A stretch of 64,000 nucleotides of DNA, from positions 192,001 to 256,000 of the forward strand of contig JBBRSP010000002.1 of assembly GCA_038245295.1 (NCBI GenBank), written 5' to 3'. A program made the position numbers and the translations under genes. The stretch comes from Candidatus Binatia bacterium. Its GTDB lineage: Bacteria; Desulfobacterota; Binatia; HRBIN30. The notes under the pieces were generated by a model. That model was not told the origin of the DNA, did no database searches, and worked only from the letters and a program-made list of their open reading frames with translations. The stretch's first letter is position 1, and every line of letters starts with the position of its first letter. Below are positions 1-8,631 of the stretch, in pieces.

Positions 1-1202
1 ATGCCGATCTGCAGAAATACTTCGACGACCACGCGGCTGACTTCGCCAAGCCCGAGCAGGTGCACGCGCGTCACATTCTATTGAAGGTCGACCCGGCCGC
101 CAGCGATGACGTCAAGGCAACGGTCCGCAAGAAGGCGGAGGACGTGCTCGCCAAGGTCAAAGCCGGTGGCGATTTCGCCAAACTTGCCGGCGACGTGTCG
201 GAAGATCCGGGCAGCGCCAAGAAGGGCGGCGATCTCGGCTTCTTCAAGCGCGGGCAGATGGTCCCCACCTTCGAGGCGGTCGCGTTCTCGACGGAGCCAG
301 GACAGGTCAGCGACATCGTCGAGAGCCCGTTCGGATTCCACATCATCAAGGTCGAAGAAAAACAGGAAGCCTCGACCCCGACCCTGGCCGACGTCCGCGA
401 TCAGGTTGCGGCAAAAGCCAGGGTTGACGAGGCACGCAACGCAGCGCGCACGCAAGCCGGCAACGACATGCAGAAAGCCAGCCAAGGCGAGGCACTCGCC
501 GGGTTGGCGCAGGCCAATGGACTTTCGGTTGTTACCCCGGCGCCCTTCGCGCAGGGCGGGAGCATCGAAAACCTCGGTCGCTCTCCTCTCGCCAATGCCG
601 CCTTCTCCGTAGACGCCAAACAAGTCGGCCCGCTGATCGACACGCCGACCGGCTTCATCGTTTTCCGCACCCTCGACAAGATCGCGGCGCACGTGCCGGC
701 CCTCGAAGAAATCCGCGCCAAGGTCGAAGAAGCCGCCAAGAAGGAAAAGGCCGGCGAGATCGCCAAGCAGAAGGCGGAAGCGTTCCTTGCCGAGGCCAAG
801 AAATCGGGGATCGAAGCAGCCGCGAAAGCCGCTGGTCGTGAGATCGAGGAAACCGCTGGCTTCCCCCGCAGCGGAGCCTACGTCCCGAAGGTTGGAAACT
901 CCGAGGACCTGAAGAAGGCCGCCTTCCAGCTGACCAAGGAATCTCCGTTGGCGCCGGCCGTTTATGATGTGAACGGCGATTCCTACATCATCGCATTGAA
1001 CGAAAAAATCCCGGCCGACGAGTCCCAGTTCGCGACGCAGAAGGACACCTTGATCAAGCAGGCCGAGGATCGCCGCAAGGGGCAGGTCGCCGAAGAGTTC
1101 ATCAATGGGCTGATCGCCAAGGCCAACATCGAACGCAACGCCGCATTCCTGGCGTCGTTGAGCGGCAACGGCGGCCGCTCAAGCCGTTCGCGTAGCAACT
1201 AG
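1..1202 (+). CDS. ppiD: PpiD/SurA-like parvulin peptidyl-prolyl isomerase (5' truncated by window)
   Basis: Frame is open from position 3; rotamase motifs VHARHIL, GGDLGFF, GQMVPTFE, SPFGFHII followed by degenerate PPIase domains. Confidence 0.8.
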   Translation, partial: ADLQKYFDDHAADFAKPEQVHARHILLKVDPAASDDVKATVRKKAEDVLAKVKAGGDFAKLAGDVSEDPGSAKKGGDLGFFKRGQMVPTFEAVAFSTEPGQVSDIVESPFGFHIIKVEEKQEASTPTLADVRDQVAAKARVDEARNAARTQAGNDMQKASQGEALAGLAQANGLSVVTPAPFAQGGSIENLGRSPLANAAFSVDAKQVGPLIDTPTGFIVFRTLDKIAAHVPALEEIRAKVEEAAKKEKAGEIAKQKAEAFLAEAKKSGIEAAAKAAGREIEETAGFPRSGAYVPKVGNSEDLKKAAFQLTKESPLAPAVYDVNGDSYIIALNEKIPADESQFATQKDTLIKQAEDRRKGQVAEEFINGLIAKANIERNAAFLASLSGNGGRSSRSRSN

Positions 1203-1227
1203 CCGGGCCGGCTCGCGACGTACCGCG

Positions 1228-1980
1228 ATGCAGGCCAAGCCGAGCGATCCGTTCTGTTTTCCAGGCGATCGCACTGGCTGCCTGCTGCTGCACGGCTTCA
1301 CCGCTTCGCCCGAGGAAATGCGTTTCCTCGGCGAGCGGCTGACGGCGTCGCGTTTTGCCGTAACCGGTGTGCGTCTGGCTGGTCATGGGACCACCCTTCC
1401 CGAGTTTGAACGGACCACCTGGCAAGAGTGGTTGGCCTCCGCCAAGGCGGGGCTGACCGAGCTGGCGGCACGCACCGATCGAATCGTCGTCGTCGGCCAG
1501 TCGATGGGGGGCCTTCTCGCCCTCCAGCTCGCCGCCCAACATAGTGACAAGATTGCCGCCCTCGCCCTGCTGGCGCCGGCACTGCGCCTGGCTCGCCCGT
1601 GGATCGAGCGTTTACGACCCGTTCTGCCGCTACTCGCCAGTCGCGGGGTGTGCTTCCCGAAGGGCGGCTCGGACATCTCCAGTGCCGCGGCGCGCCGCGA
1701 ACGCTTCAGTTACGAAGGCACACCGGCCGCCGCTCTGCTGCAATTGTTACGGCTGCAACAAGCGACACGACCGCTGCTCGCCAAGGTCACCCAACCAATC
1801 CTCGCCATCCAATCGGCGCAAGACCACACCGTGTCGCCGCAGGCGATCGACATCTTGAAGCGTGGCGTCGGTCGGCCCATCGAAGAGTTGTGGTTGCGTG
1901 ACAGCTTCCACGTAGTCAGTGTCGATGTTGAGAAGGATCAGGTGGCAGAGGCGCTCGTGGCTTTTGCTGGGCGCATCTGA
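1228..1980 (+). CDS. Carboxylesterase, alpha/beta hydrolase
   Basis: LLHGFT, GQSMGG nucleophile elbow, QDHTV and SFHV catalytic D/H. Confidence 0.88.
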   Translation: MQAKPSDPFCFPGDRTGCLLLHGFTASPEEMRFLGERLTASRFAVTGVRLAGHGTTLPEFERTTWQEWLASAKAGLTELAARTDRIVVVGQSMGGLLALQLAAQHSDKIAALALLAPALRLARPWIERLRPVLPLLASRGVCFPKGGSDISSAAARRERFSYEGTPAAALLQLLRLQQATRPLLAKVTQPILAIQSAQDHTVSPQAIDILKRGVGRPIEELWLRDSFHVVSVDVEKDQVAEALVAFAGRI

Positions 1981-1988
1981 GCCGGCGC

Positions 1989-2891
1989 ATGCGGTTTGGC
2001 CTCACCACACCGATTGTGACCTTGGTCCCTGGCCGTCACGGTGAATGGGAACGTCAGGCAACCATCGAAACGCTGCGTCAGGTGATCGTCACCGCCGATC
2101 GGCTTGGGTACGCGCACGCGACGTGCAGTGACCACGTTGCCATTCCGGAAGGAGTCGCCGCGACACGCGGGGCGCGATATTACGACCCCTTTGCGACGTT
2201 GGGCTTCTTCGCCGCGATCACGACGCGGTTGCACCTCGTCACACACGTTCTCGTCCTGCCGTACCATCACCCTCTCGAGCTGGCCAAACGCCTCGGAACA
2301 CTCGATCAACTCTCCGGCGGGCGTGTCGTGGCGGGCGTCGGCGTCGGCAGTTTGCGCGAAGAGTTCGAGCTGCTGGGGGTCGACTTCGATGCACGCGGTG
2401 CACGATTTGAAGAAGGACTACGGGCTCTGCGTGTGGCGCTCGACGACCCGGCACCCGTATTCGAGGGAGCGCATTATCGCTTCGGCGGCTTCGTCGTCGA
2501 CCCCTGCGCCACTCGGCGTGTGCCGATCTGGATCGGCGGCCGCACGCCGCGATCGTTGCGACGCGCCCTGCGTTACGCTGACGGCTGGGATCCGTTTGGG
2601 CTGACGCGCGATCAGCTCACCGAGCTTCTCTCGCAGGCGCGCCGCTGGCCGGAGTGGGACAGTCGCCCGATACCGTTCGAGATCGTTCTCGCCCCGGAAC
2701 GCCCACTCACACTCGGCACGACCGAGGACATCGGCCGCGCCATCGACGCCGTAGCGGCTTACGAGAAGCTCGGAGCGACCGCGTTGAATCTGCAGTTCCG
2801 AGCCCGGACTCTGGAGGAATGGCAGGAACAGGCCGCCGTCTTCATCGACAAGGTGGCTCGGCGTTGGTCGGGGGCTGGCTCCGCAAGCTAA
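1989..2891 (+). CDS. LLM-class (probably F420-dependent) oxidoreductase
   Basis: SDHVAIP, DPFATLG, LVLPYHHP, TLDQLSGGR, PIWIGG luciferase-like motifs. Confidence 0.88.
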   Translation: MRFGLTTPIVTLVPGRHGEWERQATIETLRQVIVTADRLGYAHATCSDHVAIPEGVAATRGARYYDPFATLGFFAAITTRLHLVTHVLVLPYHHPLELAKRLGTLDQLSGGRVVAGVGVGSLREEFELLGVDFDARGARFEEGLRALRVALDDPAPVFEGAHYRFGGFVVDPCATRRVPIWIGGRTPRSLRRALRYADGWDPFGLTRDQLTELLSQARRWPEWDSRPIPFEIVLAPERPLTLGTTEDIGRAIDAVAAYEKLGATALNLQFRARTLEEWQEQAAVFIDKVARRWSGAGSAS

Positions 2892-2905
2892 AGCTTGCGC
2901 CTACC
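2882..2905 (-). repeat. REP family B (GTAG-footed hairpin GGTAGGCGCAGGCTTCAGCCTGCG type)
   Basis: cgcaagctaaagcttgcgcctacc; related copies at 7703, 14604, 14681, 16771, 19972, 20025, 37521, 39726, 39770 and 40907. Confidence 0.85.
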
Positions 2906-3024
2906 TGCCCACCCTGCTCGCGGATGGTGGGCGAAGCCGTCCGCGTGCGGCAGGCGGCTTCGTTGACTTAGCCATACCTCCACGGTAACCGCTCTTGAGG
3001 TCCTGAATCGCGAATCGAAACGAA

Positions 3025-3834
3025 ATGCCGACCAAGTACGCTTCCGTAGATGGGTTCGCCACCCACTATTTCCACAGTGGCGCCACGAAGCTGCCCGACC
3101 AGGTTCCCGACCTATCGCGCGGCGAGCTGTTGCTCTTCGTCCACGCCGCCGGCTCCAACGGCAACACCTGGAAACCGCAGCTTGCGGCGTTCGGCGACAA
3201 ACATAGCCCGCTGGCGTTCGACTTCCCGGGACATGGGCGCTCCGGCGGCACCGAATCGTTGTGCAGCATCGACGCCTACCGCGACTTCCTGGTCTCCTTC
3301 GCCACGGCGTTGGAGCTGCGGCCGGCGGTCATCGTTGGACGCTCGATGGGCGGCCTGATTGGTCTCGCCTATGCTCTCGCAAATCCGGGGCGTGTTCGCG
3401 CTCTGGTGCTGATCGCCACGGGTGCCAAGATCACCCTTGCTCCCGAACGCGTCGAAACGTGGCGCAACGTTATGCTCGGCCGCGCCACACAGCCGTTCAG
3501 CAACGAGGCCTTCTCTCCCAGCGCCGACTTCGCAACCATGCGCGAGGCTTGGATGGAGCAAGTGAAAACCGATCCGCGCGTGCGCTACTTTGACTTTCTC
3601 GCCTGCAACGAATGCGATCTGCGATCGCGCCTCGGCGAGATCAAAGTGCCGACCCTCATCGTCGCCGGTCGCGACGACACCATCACGCCGGTATCCCTTT
3701 CCGAAGAGCTACAGCGCGGCATAGCCGGCTCGCGTCTGGTGGTCATCGAGAACGCCGGGCACACGATTTCGAACGAGAAGCCGGCCGAGCTCAATGCCGC
3801 CATCGAAGAATTCCTCGGCGGTCTGGCGAAATGA
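3025..3834 (+). CDS. Alpha/beta hydrolase
   Basis: DFPGHG, GRSMGG, GRDDTIT, AGH motifs. Confidence 0.88.
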   Translation: MPTKYASVDGFATHYFHSGATKLPDQVPDLSRGELLLFVHAAGSNGNTWKPQLAAFGDKHSPLAFDFPGHGRSGGTESLCSIDAYRDFLVSFATALELRPAVIVGRSMGGLIGLAYALANPGRVRALVLIATGAKITLAPERVETWRNVMLGRATQPFSNEAFSPSADFATMREAWMEQVKTDPRVRYFDFLACNECDLRSRLGEIKVPTLIVAGRDDTITPVSLSEELQRGIAGSRLVVIENAGHTISNEKPAELNAAIEEFLGGLAK

Positions 3835-3841
3835 GAACCAC

Positions 3842-4993
3842 GTGAGCATCCATCGCAAAGCCGCCGTGGTTGGCGTGTATGAGCATCCGACGCGTTTCGC
3901 GCCGGACAAGACCGCCTACCAGATCCACGCCGAGAGCGCGCGCGGCGCTCTCGAGGATGCCGGGTTGTCGATCAAAGACGTCGACGGCTTCTTCACCTCC
4001 GGTGTCGGGCCGCTCGGCGTGATGACCGTCGCCGAGCATTTGAATCTCAATCCGCGTCACCTTGATTCCACGTCGATCGGCGGTTCGTCGTTCGTCGCCC
4101 ACGTCACCCATGCCGCGGCCGCGATCGCCGCCGGGCTGTGTGAGGTCGCCTTGATCACCTACGGCAGCACCGCGTCCTCGGAACGTTTCGCCGTCGGCAC
4201 CGGCGGCTCGTTTGGCGGCGATCCGCCGGATCACTTCGAGGCGCCGTACGGCCCAACCGTATTGAGCTCCTACGCTCTGGTGGCGCAGCGTCATATGCAC
4301 GAGTTCGGCACGACATCCGAGCAACTCGCCGAGGTCGCCGTAACGATTCGCCGCCACGCCTCGCTCAACCCGGTCGCCAAGTATCGCGATTTGATCACCG
4401 TCAACGATGTCCTCGCCTCGCGCATCGTCTCGTCGCCGCTGCATCTGCTCGATTGCTGCATCATCAGCGATGGCGGCGGCGCGCTGGTGGTGACGAGCCC
4501 GGAACGCGCCAAGGATTGTCGCAAACCCGCCGTGCCGGTGCTGGGTGGCTCCGAGGCCTTATGCCACACGGGTGCCGGTATGCGTGATCTCACCGACATC
4601 GCCGCCAAGCAGTCGGGGCCGCGGGCCTTGGCGATGGCTGGTGTGAAACACGCCGATATAGACATGTGTATGATCTACGACTCGTTCACCATCACGGTGA
4701 TCGAGACGTTGGAAAACCTCGGCTTCTGCCCGAAGGGCGAAGGCGGCAGTTTCGTGCAGAACGGGCGTATCGGCCTTGGCGGCACTCTGCCGATCAACAC
4801 CGATGGCGGTGGCTTGTCGTCGAATCATCCCGGCATGCGCGGCATCTTTCTGGTGATCGAAGCCGTGAAGCAATTGCGCGGCGAGTGCGCGGCGCGCCAG
4901 GTGAAGGATTGCACCATCGCCCTGTGCCACGGCACCGGTGGCATGCTCGGGCTGCGGCATAGCGGCGCGACGTTGGTGCTGGGACGCGAGTAA
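3842..4993 (+). CDS. Thiolase-like protein (SCP-x/Ltp2 type, no catalytic Cys)
   Basis: GTG start 3842; DCCIISDGGGA, YDSFT, PINTDGGGLS; GGSS at the usual Cys position. Confidence 0.85.
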   Translation: MSIHRKAAVVGVYEHPTRFAPDKTAYQIHAESARGALEDAGLSIKDVDGFFTSGVGPLGVMTVAEHLNLNPRHLDSTSIGGSSFVAHVTHAAAAIAAGLCEVALITYGSTASSERFAVGTGGSFGGDPPDHFEAPYGPTVLSSYALVAQRHMHEFGTTSEQLAEVAVTIRRHASLNPVAKYRDLITVNDVLASRIVSSPLHLLDCCIISDGGGALVVTSPERAKDCRKPAVPVLGGSEALCHTGAGMRDLTDIAAKQSGPRALAMAGVKHADIDMCMIYDSFTITVIETLENLGFCPKGEGGSFVQNGRIGLGGTLPINTDGGGLSSNHPGMRGIFLVIEAVKQLRGECAARQVKDCTIALCHGTGGMLGLRHSGATLVLGRE

Positions 4994-4996
4994 ATC

Positions 4997-5416
4997 ATGG
5001 CGGAAAACAACTACAAGAAGCCGTTGCCGCGCATCGACGACGAGTCGAAAGGCTTCTGGGAAGCTTGCCAACGACACGAGTTATACATCCAGCAATGCCG
5101 GGCCTGCGGTAGCCGGCGCTATTACCCGCGCGCTGTCTGTCCGACCTGCCTCTCGGATTCGACCGAGTGGCTGCGCTGCAGCGGGCGCGGCACCATCTAC
5201 ACCTTCACGGTGACATACCAGAACCAGTCGCCCGGGTTTCGCGATGAGCTGCCCTATGTGCTGGCCTACGTTGAGCTCGAGGAAGGCGTGCGTCTGCTGA
5301 CCAACATCATCGGCGGCGACGTCGAGGCACTGCGCATCGGCATGGCGGTCGAGGTGGTCTTTGAAGACGTGACGCCCGAGGTTACACTACCGAAGTTCAA
5401 GCCGCGGGCGGCCTGA
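4997..5416 (+). CDS. DUF35 Zn-ribbon/OB-fold protein
   Basis: CRAC...CPTC, GRGTIYTFT, PYVLAYVELEEG; directly follows the thiolase-like gene. Confidence 0.92.
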   Translation: MAENNYKKPLPRIDDESKGFWEACQRHELYIQQCRACGSRRYYPRAVCPTCLSDSTEWLRCSGRGTIYTFTVTYQNQSPGFRDELPYVLAYVELEEGVRLLTNIIGGDVEALRIGMAVEVVFEDVTPEVTLPKFKPRAA

Positions 5417-5429
5417 CGACGAGCCACCT

Positions 5430-6083
5430 ATGATCCTGGATTTGCATACACACTCCGAAGCTTCGGAGGACAGCCGCGCACCGGTCGAGACGTATCTCAA
5501 ATGGCTTACGAAGAAGCGTGAGCTGTTGCCGATCGACGGGATTGTCCTCACCGAGCACCGGCAGTGGAACCCCGACGTCGACTATCGCGACCTCGAAGAC
5601 AAGTATCAGATTCTCATCCTGCGCGGCGCCGAGGTGGAGACGGACTACGGCCACATCCTCGTCTACGGCGTCAACGACGACATCGCGCAGCGTTTCGATT
5701 TCACCAACGTGCGTCTTTCGGCCCAGGAAGTGGTTCACGAAGTGGCGCGGATGGGTGGGGTGGCAGCACCGTGTCATCCGGGGCGACCGACCATCGGTTT
5801 GTGCGAGCACTACGCCAGCAGGCCGGCGCTCGATGGTGTCGTCACCGTCGAGGCCCTCAACGGCGGCAGTCGGCGCGGCGAGAACGAACGCGTGCAGGAG
5901 CTGATCGACAAGCATGGCTACCGCAGCTTCGGCGGCAGTGATTCGCATCTCGTCAGCTTCGTCGGCATCTGCGCCACTGAGTTCGAGGATGAGGTCCGCA
6001 ACATTGATGAATTGGTGCGTGTGCTCAAGGCAGGCACCTATCGGCCGGTCGACTACCGCGATCGCTTGAAACAGGCAGCCTAG
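5430..6083 (+). CDS. PHP-domain metallophosphoesterase
   Basis: DLHTHS, TEH, CHP, GSDSH motifs. Confidence 0.88.
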   Translation: MILDLHTHSEASEDSRAPVETYLKWLTKKRELLPIDGIVLTEHRQWNPDVDYRDLEDKYQILILRGAEVETDYGHILVYGVNDDIAQRFDFTNVRLSAQEVVHEVARMGGVAAPCHPGRPTIGLCEHYASRPALDGVVTVEALNGGSRRGENERVQELIDKHGYRSFGGSDSHLVSFVGICATEFEDEVRNIDELVRVLKAGTYRPVDYRDRLKQAA

Positions 6084-6488
6084 ATGTCACTTGAGTTTGA
6101 TCGCTCCATCATCGGCAGCGAGTTCGATCGCACGCAGAATGATCCCGTCACGCAAGACGAGGTCGACGCGTACGTTGCGGCTTGCGGCGAACCAGTCGCC
6201 GGGCCGGGGTTGGCGCCGCCGATGTTTGTGCTGGCGCTGCGCTCGGAGCGCTTCATGCCGGAGAATCTGCCGAACCTCGGACGTGCCGCCTTCGATGCCG
6301 GCAAAGACATCGACCTCGGCAGCCCAATCCGGGTCGGCGATCGTCTGTTGTCCGTGAGCACGATTCACGAGATCTACGAAAAGACCGGGCGCACCGGCAC
6401 GATGCGTTTCCTCGTGCTGCGCACGACCGTTACCAACCAGGATGAAGAGTTGGTCGCCGTGATCGATCAGAAGATGATGTTCCGCTGA
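6084..6488 (+). CDS. MaoC-like dehydratase (N-terminal type hot-dog fold)
   Basis: APPMF, PIRVGD, YEKTGRTG, VTNQDEELVA pattern. Confidence 0.8.
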   Translation: MSLEFDRSIIGSEFDRTQNDPVTQDEVDAYVAACGEPVAGPGLAPPMFVLALRSERFMPENLPNLGRAAFDAGKDIDLGSPIRVGDRLLSVSTIHEIYEKTGRTGTMRFLVLRTTVTNQDEELVAVIDQKMMFR

Positions 6489-6512
6489 TGGACCGTATCC
6501 GCGCCCGTATTT

Positions 6513-6824
6513 GTCATTCCGGCGAAAGCCGGAATCTCCCCAGCATTTTTGGCCTTCCACTCGAGGCGATCCCGGCTTTCGAGTGTGTCGATTTACTCGG
6601 TAACCAAATTTGAAACCGAGCAGACCTATCCGTCATACCGGCGAAAGCCGGTATCTCGCCAGCTTTCGAGGCTTCCAGCAGGGGGAGATCCCGGCTTTCG
6701 CCAGGATGACGTTGCTTCATTTCAGTTCATCGACAGACTCGAAAGCCGGAATCCAGTGACGGAAACCCAGCCGAACGCACCGCTTCGATTCCGGCAATGG
6801 GTCCCGGCTTTCGCCGGGACGACG
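6513..6824 (+). mobile_element. REP family A doublets with a chimeric 160-bp MITE (6581-6740)
   Basis: GTCATTCCGGCGAAAGCCGGAATC palindromes; MITE ends GAGTGTGTCGA...TCGACAGACTC; homologous to the loci at 8434, 18068 and 41993. Confidence 0.8.
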
Positions 6825-6838
6825 GCAAAGGCAAACCC

Positions 6839-7255
6839 ATGGCAATTGATTTCGAAGACATCGATCTAGGCTACGACCTCGACCCGTTGCAGGTCACGCC
6901 GCAACCGCAGCAGATCCGCGCCTACGCGCTCGCCGCCAACATGCCGGGCGGCCGCTTCATGAGCGATGCGGCGGCCCAGCGCGAAGGCCTGCCGGGGCAG
7001 ATCGTGCCGGGCAACTTCAGCCTGGCGTTGTTCTCGCGCTTGCTCGGCGAGACCCTGCCGGGAGCAACCTTGCTCAAGATGAGCGCCACCTTCCGGGCGA
7101 TGATTCGTCCGGCCGTGCCGCTGGTGGTGCGCGGCGTGGTCATCGAAAAACACTCCGGTGGTGGCGGCGATGAGATTGAATGCGATCTGGTCGTCGAGAG
7201 TGCCGACGGTGACCGCTTCGTCACCGGCACGGCGCGTTTGCGCCTTCCCAAGTAG
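6839..7255 (+). CDS. MaoC family dehydratase
   Basis: ATG 6839; FEDIDLG, AAAQREGLPGQIVPG hydratase-like segment. Confidence 0.8.
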   Translation: MAIDFEDIDLGYDLDPLQVTPQPQQIRAYALAANMPGGRFMSDAAAQREGLPGQIVPGNFSLALFSRLLGETLPGATLLKMSATFRAMIRPAVPLVVRGVVIEKHSGGGGDEIECDLVVESADGDRFVTGTARLRLPK

Positions 7256-7675
7256 ATGACCGAACGCGGCGTACTGCGCGAGCGTCTGCGCAAGATCGAG
7301 GCGTTGATGGCCGGTGCCGCGACGCCCGGCGAGCGTGATGCCGCGCAAGCGGCACGCGAGCGCCTGATGGCGCGCCTCGCCGAGGCACAACGCGAAGGCC
7401 AGGCGCCGGAGATCAAGTTCAAGATGGCCGATAGCTGGTCGCTGCGCCTGTTCGTCGCTCTGTGCCGTCGTTACAAACTCAAACCGTACCGCCAACCACG
7501 CCAGCATCGCACGACCGTGATGGTCCGCGTGCCGCGAACATTCCTCGACACGGTCTTGTGGCCCGAGTTCAAAGAGCTCAACCGCGCCCTGTTCGAGTAC
7601 CTCGACGAAGCCACCGAACGCATCATCCGCGAAGAAGTCTACGCCGACGCCGGTGAGCCGGACACGATTCCGTAG
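7256..7675 (+). CDS. Conserved hypothetical protein (DUF2786-like N-terminus)
   Basis: LRKIEALMAGAATPGERDAA helix motif; abuts the previous stop codon. Confidence 0.65.
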   Translation: MTERGVLRERLRKIEALMAGAATPGERDAAQAARERLMARLAEAQREGQAPEIKFKMADSWSLRLFVALCRRYKLKPYRQPRQHRTTVMVRVPRTFLDTVLWPEFKELNRALFEYLDEATERIIREEVYADAGEPDTIP

Positions 7676-7702
7676 CGCGGTCGGGTCACGGATGGCGGAA
7701 AC

Positions 7703-7726
7703 GGTAGGCGCAGGCTTCAGCCTGCG
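7703..7726 (+). repeat. REP family B
   Basis: ggtaggcgcaggcttcagcctgcg. Confidence 0.85.
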
Positions 7727-8271
7727 TTCAGACCGCCGGCACTCTGCGCCCGCCGCACCAGTTGCTCACCGCTCAACAGCGGCAATGTATCGCTAACCGG
7801 TCGCCGTCCCTTGAGCTCGCTGTACGTGTGCCGATACCAGCCAGCGCTGACTTCTTCCTCGCTGTAGAGCTGTGCCAGGAATGCATAGGTGGCGGGGTCA
7901 CTCTGCTTGGCGGAATCGCGACCCCGATCGAGCGCCTTCTTGCAGCCGCTCATACGGGCGGCATCGCGCTTGGTGACACGGTTCAGCCCATCGAGCTGCG
8001 CCACAAAGCCCTGCAGATCTTTCAGCTCCGCCAACTGTTCATCCAAGATGGCATCGACACAGGCGGGACCTGGCGCACTACCAAGAGCGCGCAGGCGCTC
8101 GGCCAGCAGGCGCGCATGTGTTGCTTCTCGTTCGGCGATGATCAGATGTCCGGCACGCAGACGCGCATCCGGTTCGAGAGCGGCCCAAGCCACGTAGAGC
8201 CGCGCGCCCCACGCTTCGAGTGCCCGGAAGACGTTCAGACCTTCGAGTATCGCGTCCCGCGCGTTCTCCAT
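7717..8271 (-). CDS. Ferritin-like fold protein
   Basis: Helical protein with LEAWG and EREATH (ExxH) motifs; RBS ggagg upstream. Confidence 0.6.
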   Translation of the reverse strand: MENARDAILEGLNVFRALEAWGARLYVAWAALEPDARLRAGHLIIAEREATHARLLAERLRALGSAPGPACVDAILDEQLAELKDLQGFVAQLDGLNRVTKRDAARMSGCKKALDRGRDSAKQSDPATYAFLAQLYSEEEVSAGWYRHTYSELKGRRPVSDTLPLLSGEQLVRRAQSAGGLNAG

Positions 8272-8433
8272 CGCGACCCTCCACCGTAGATTGGTCGACT
8301 CTGCTTACGCCGACCGGTGGTTCGGTACAATCAGCAAAGGCCGGGAACCGATCTATGCGGTGGTCGCTCGAGGAAGGTAAAGTCGCACCGCCGCCACTCT
8401 TTGTCACAGCTCGCCGTCATAGCTTGTCCACCT

Positions 8434-8600
8434 CCGTCATACCGGCGAAAGCCGGTATCTCGCCGGCTTTCGAGGCTTCCAGCAACCATCCCGGTTTTCA
8501 CCGGGATGACGTTGCTCCACTTTGGTTTTACGACAGTCTCTTTTGCTGGGATGACGTTGCTTCGTTTCAGTTTATCGACAGTCTCCTTCGCCGGGGTGAA
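8434..8600 (+). mobile_element. Partial nested MITE/REP-A remnant with two right ends (8540, 8585)
   Basis: acgacagtctc then tcgacagtctc, in the same order as the nested element at 18068-18391. Confidence 0.75.
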
Positions 8601-8631
8601 GGCATATCCAGAAGTTCTGTTTCAGACCAAC

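Noticed and set aside
6514..6869. ORFs over repeats (6514-6720, 6549-6869, 8220-8663, 18017-18339, 41878-42246)
   Set aside because: They are translations of MITE/REP sequence, which explains their mutual similarity
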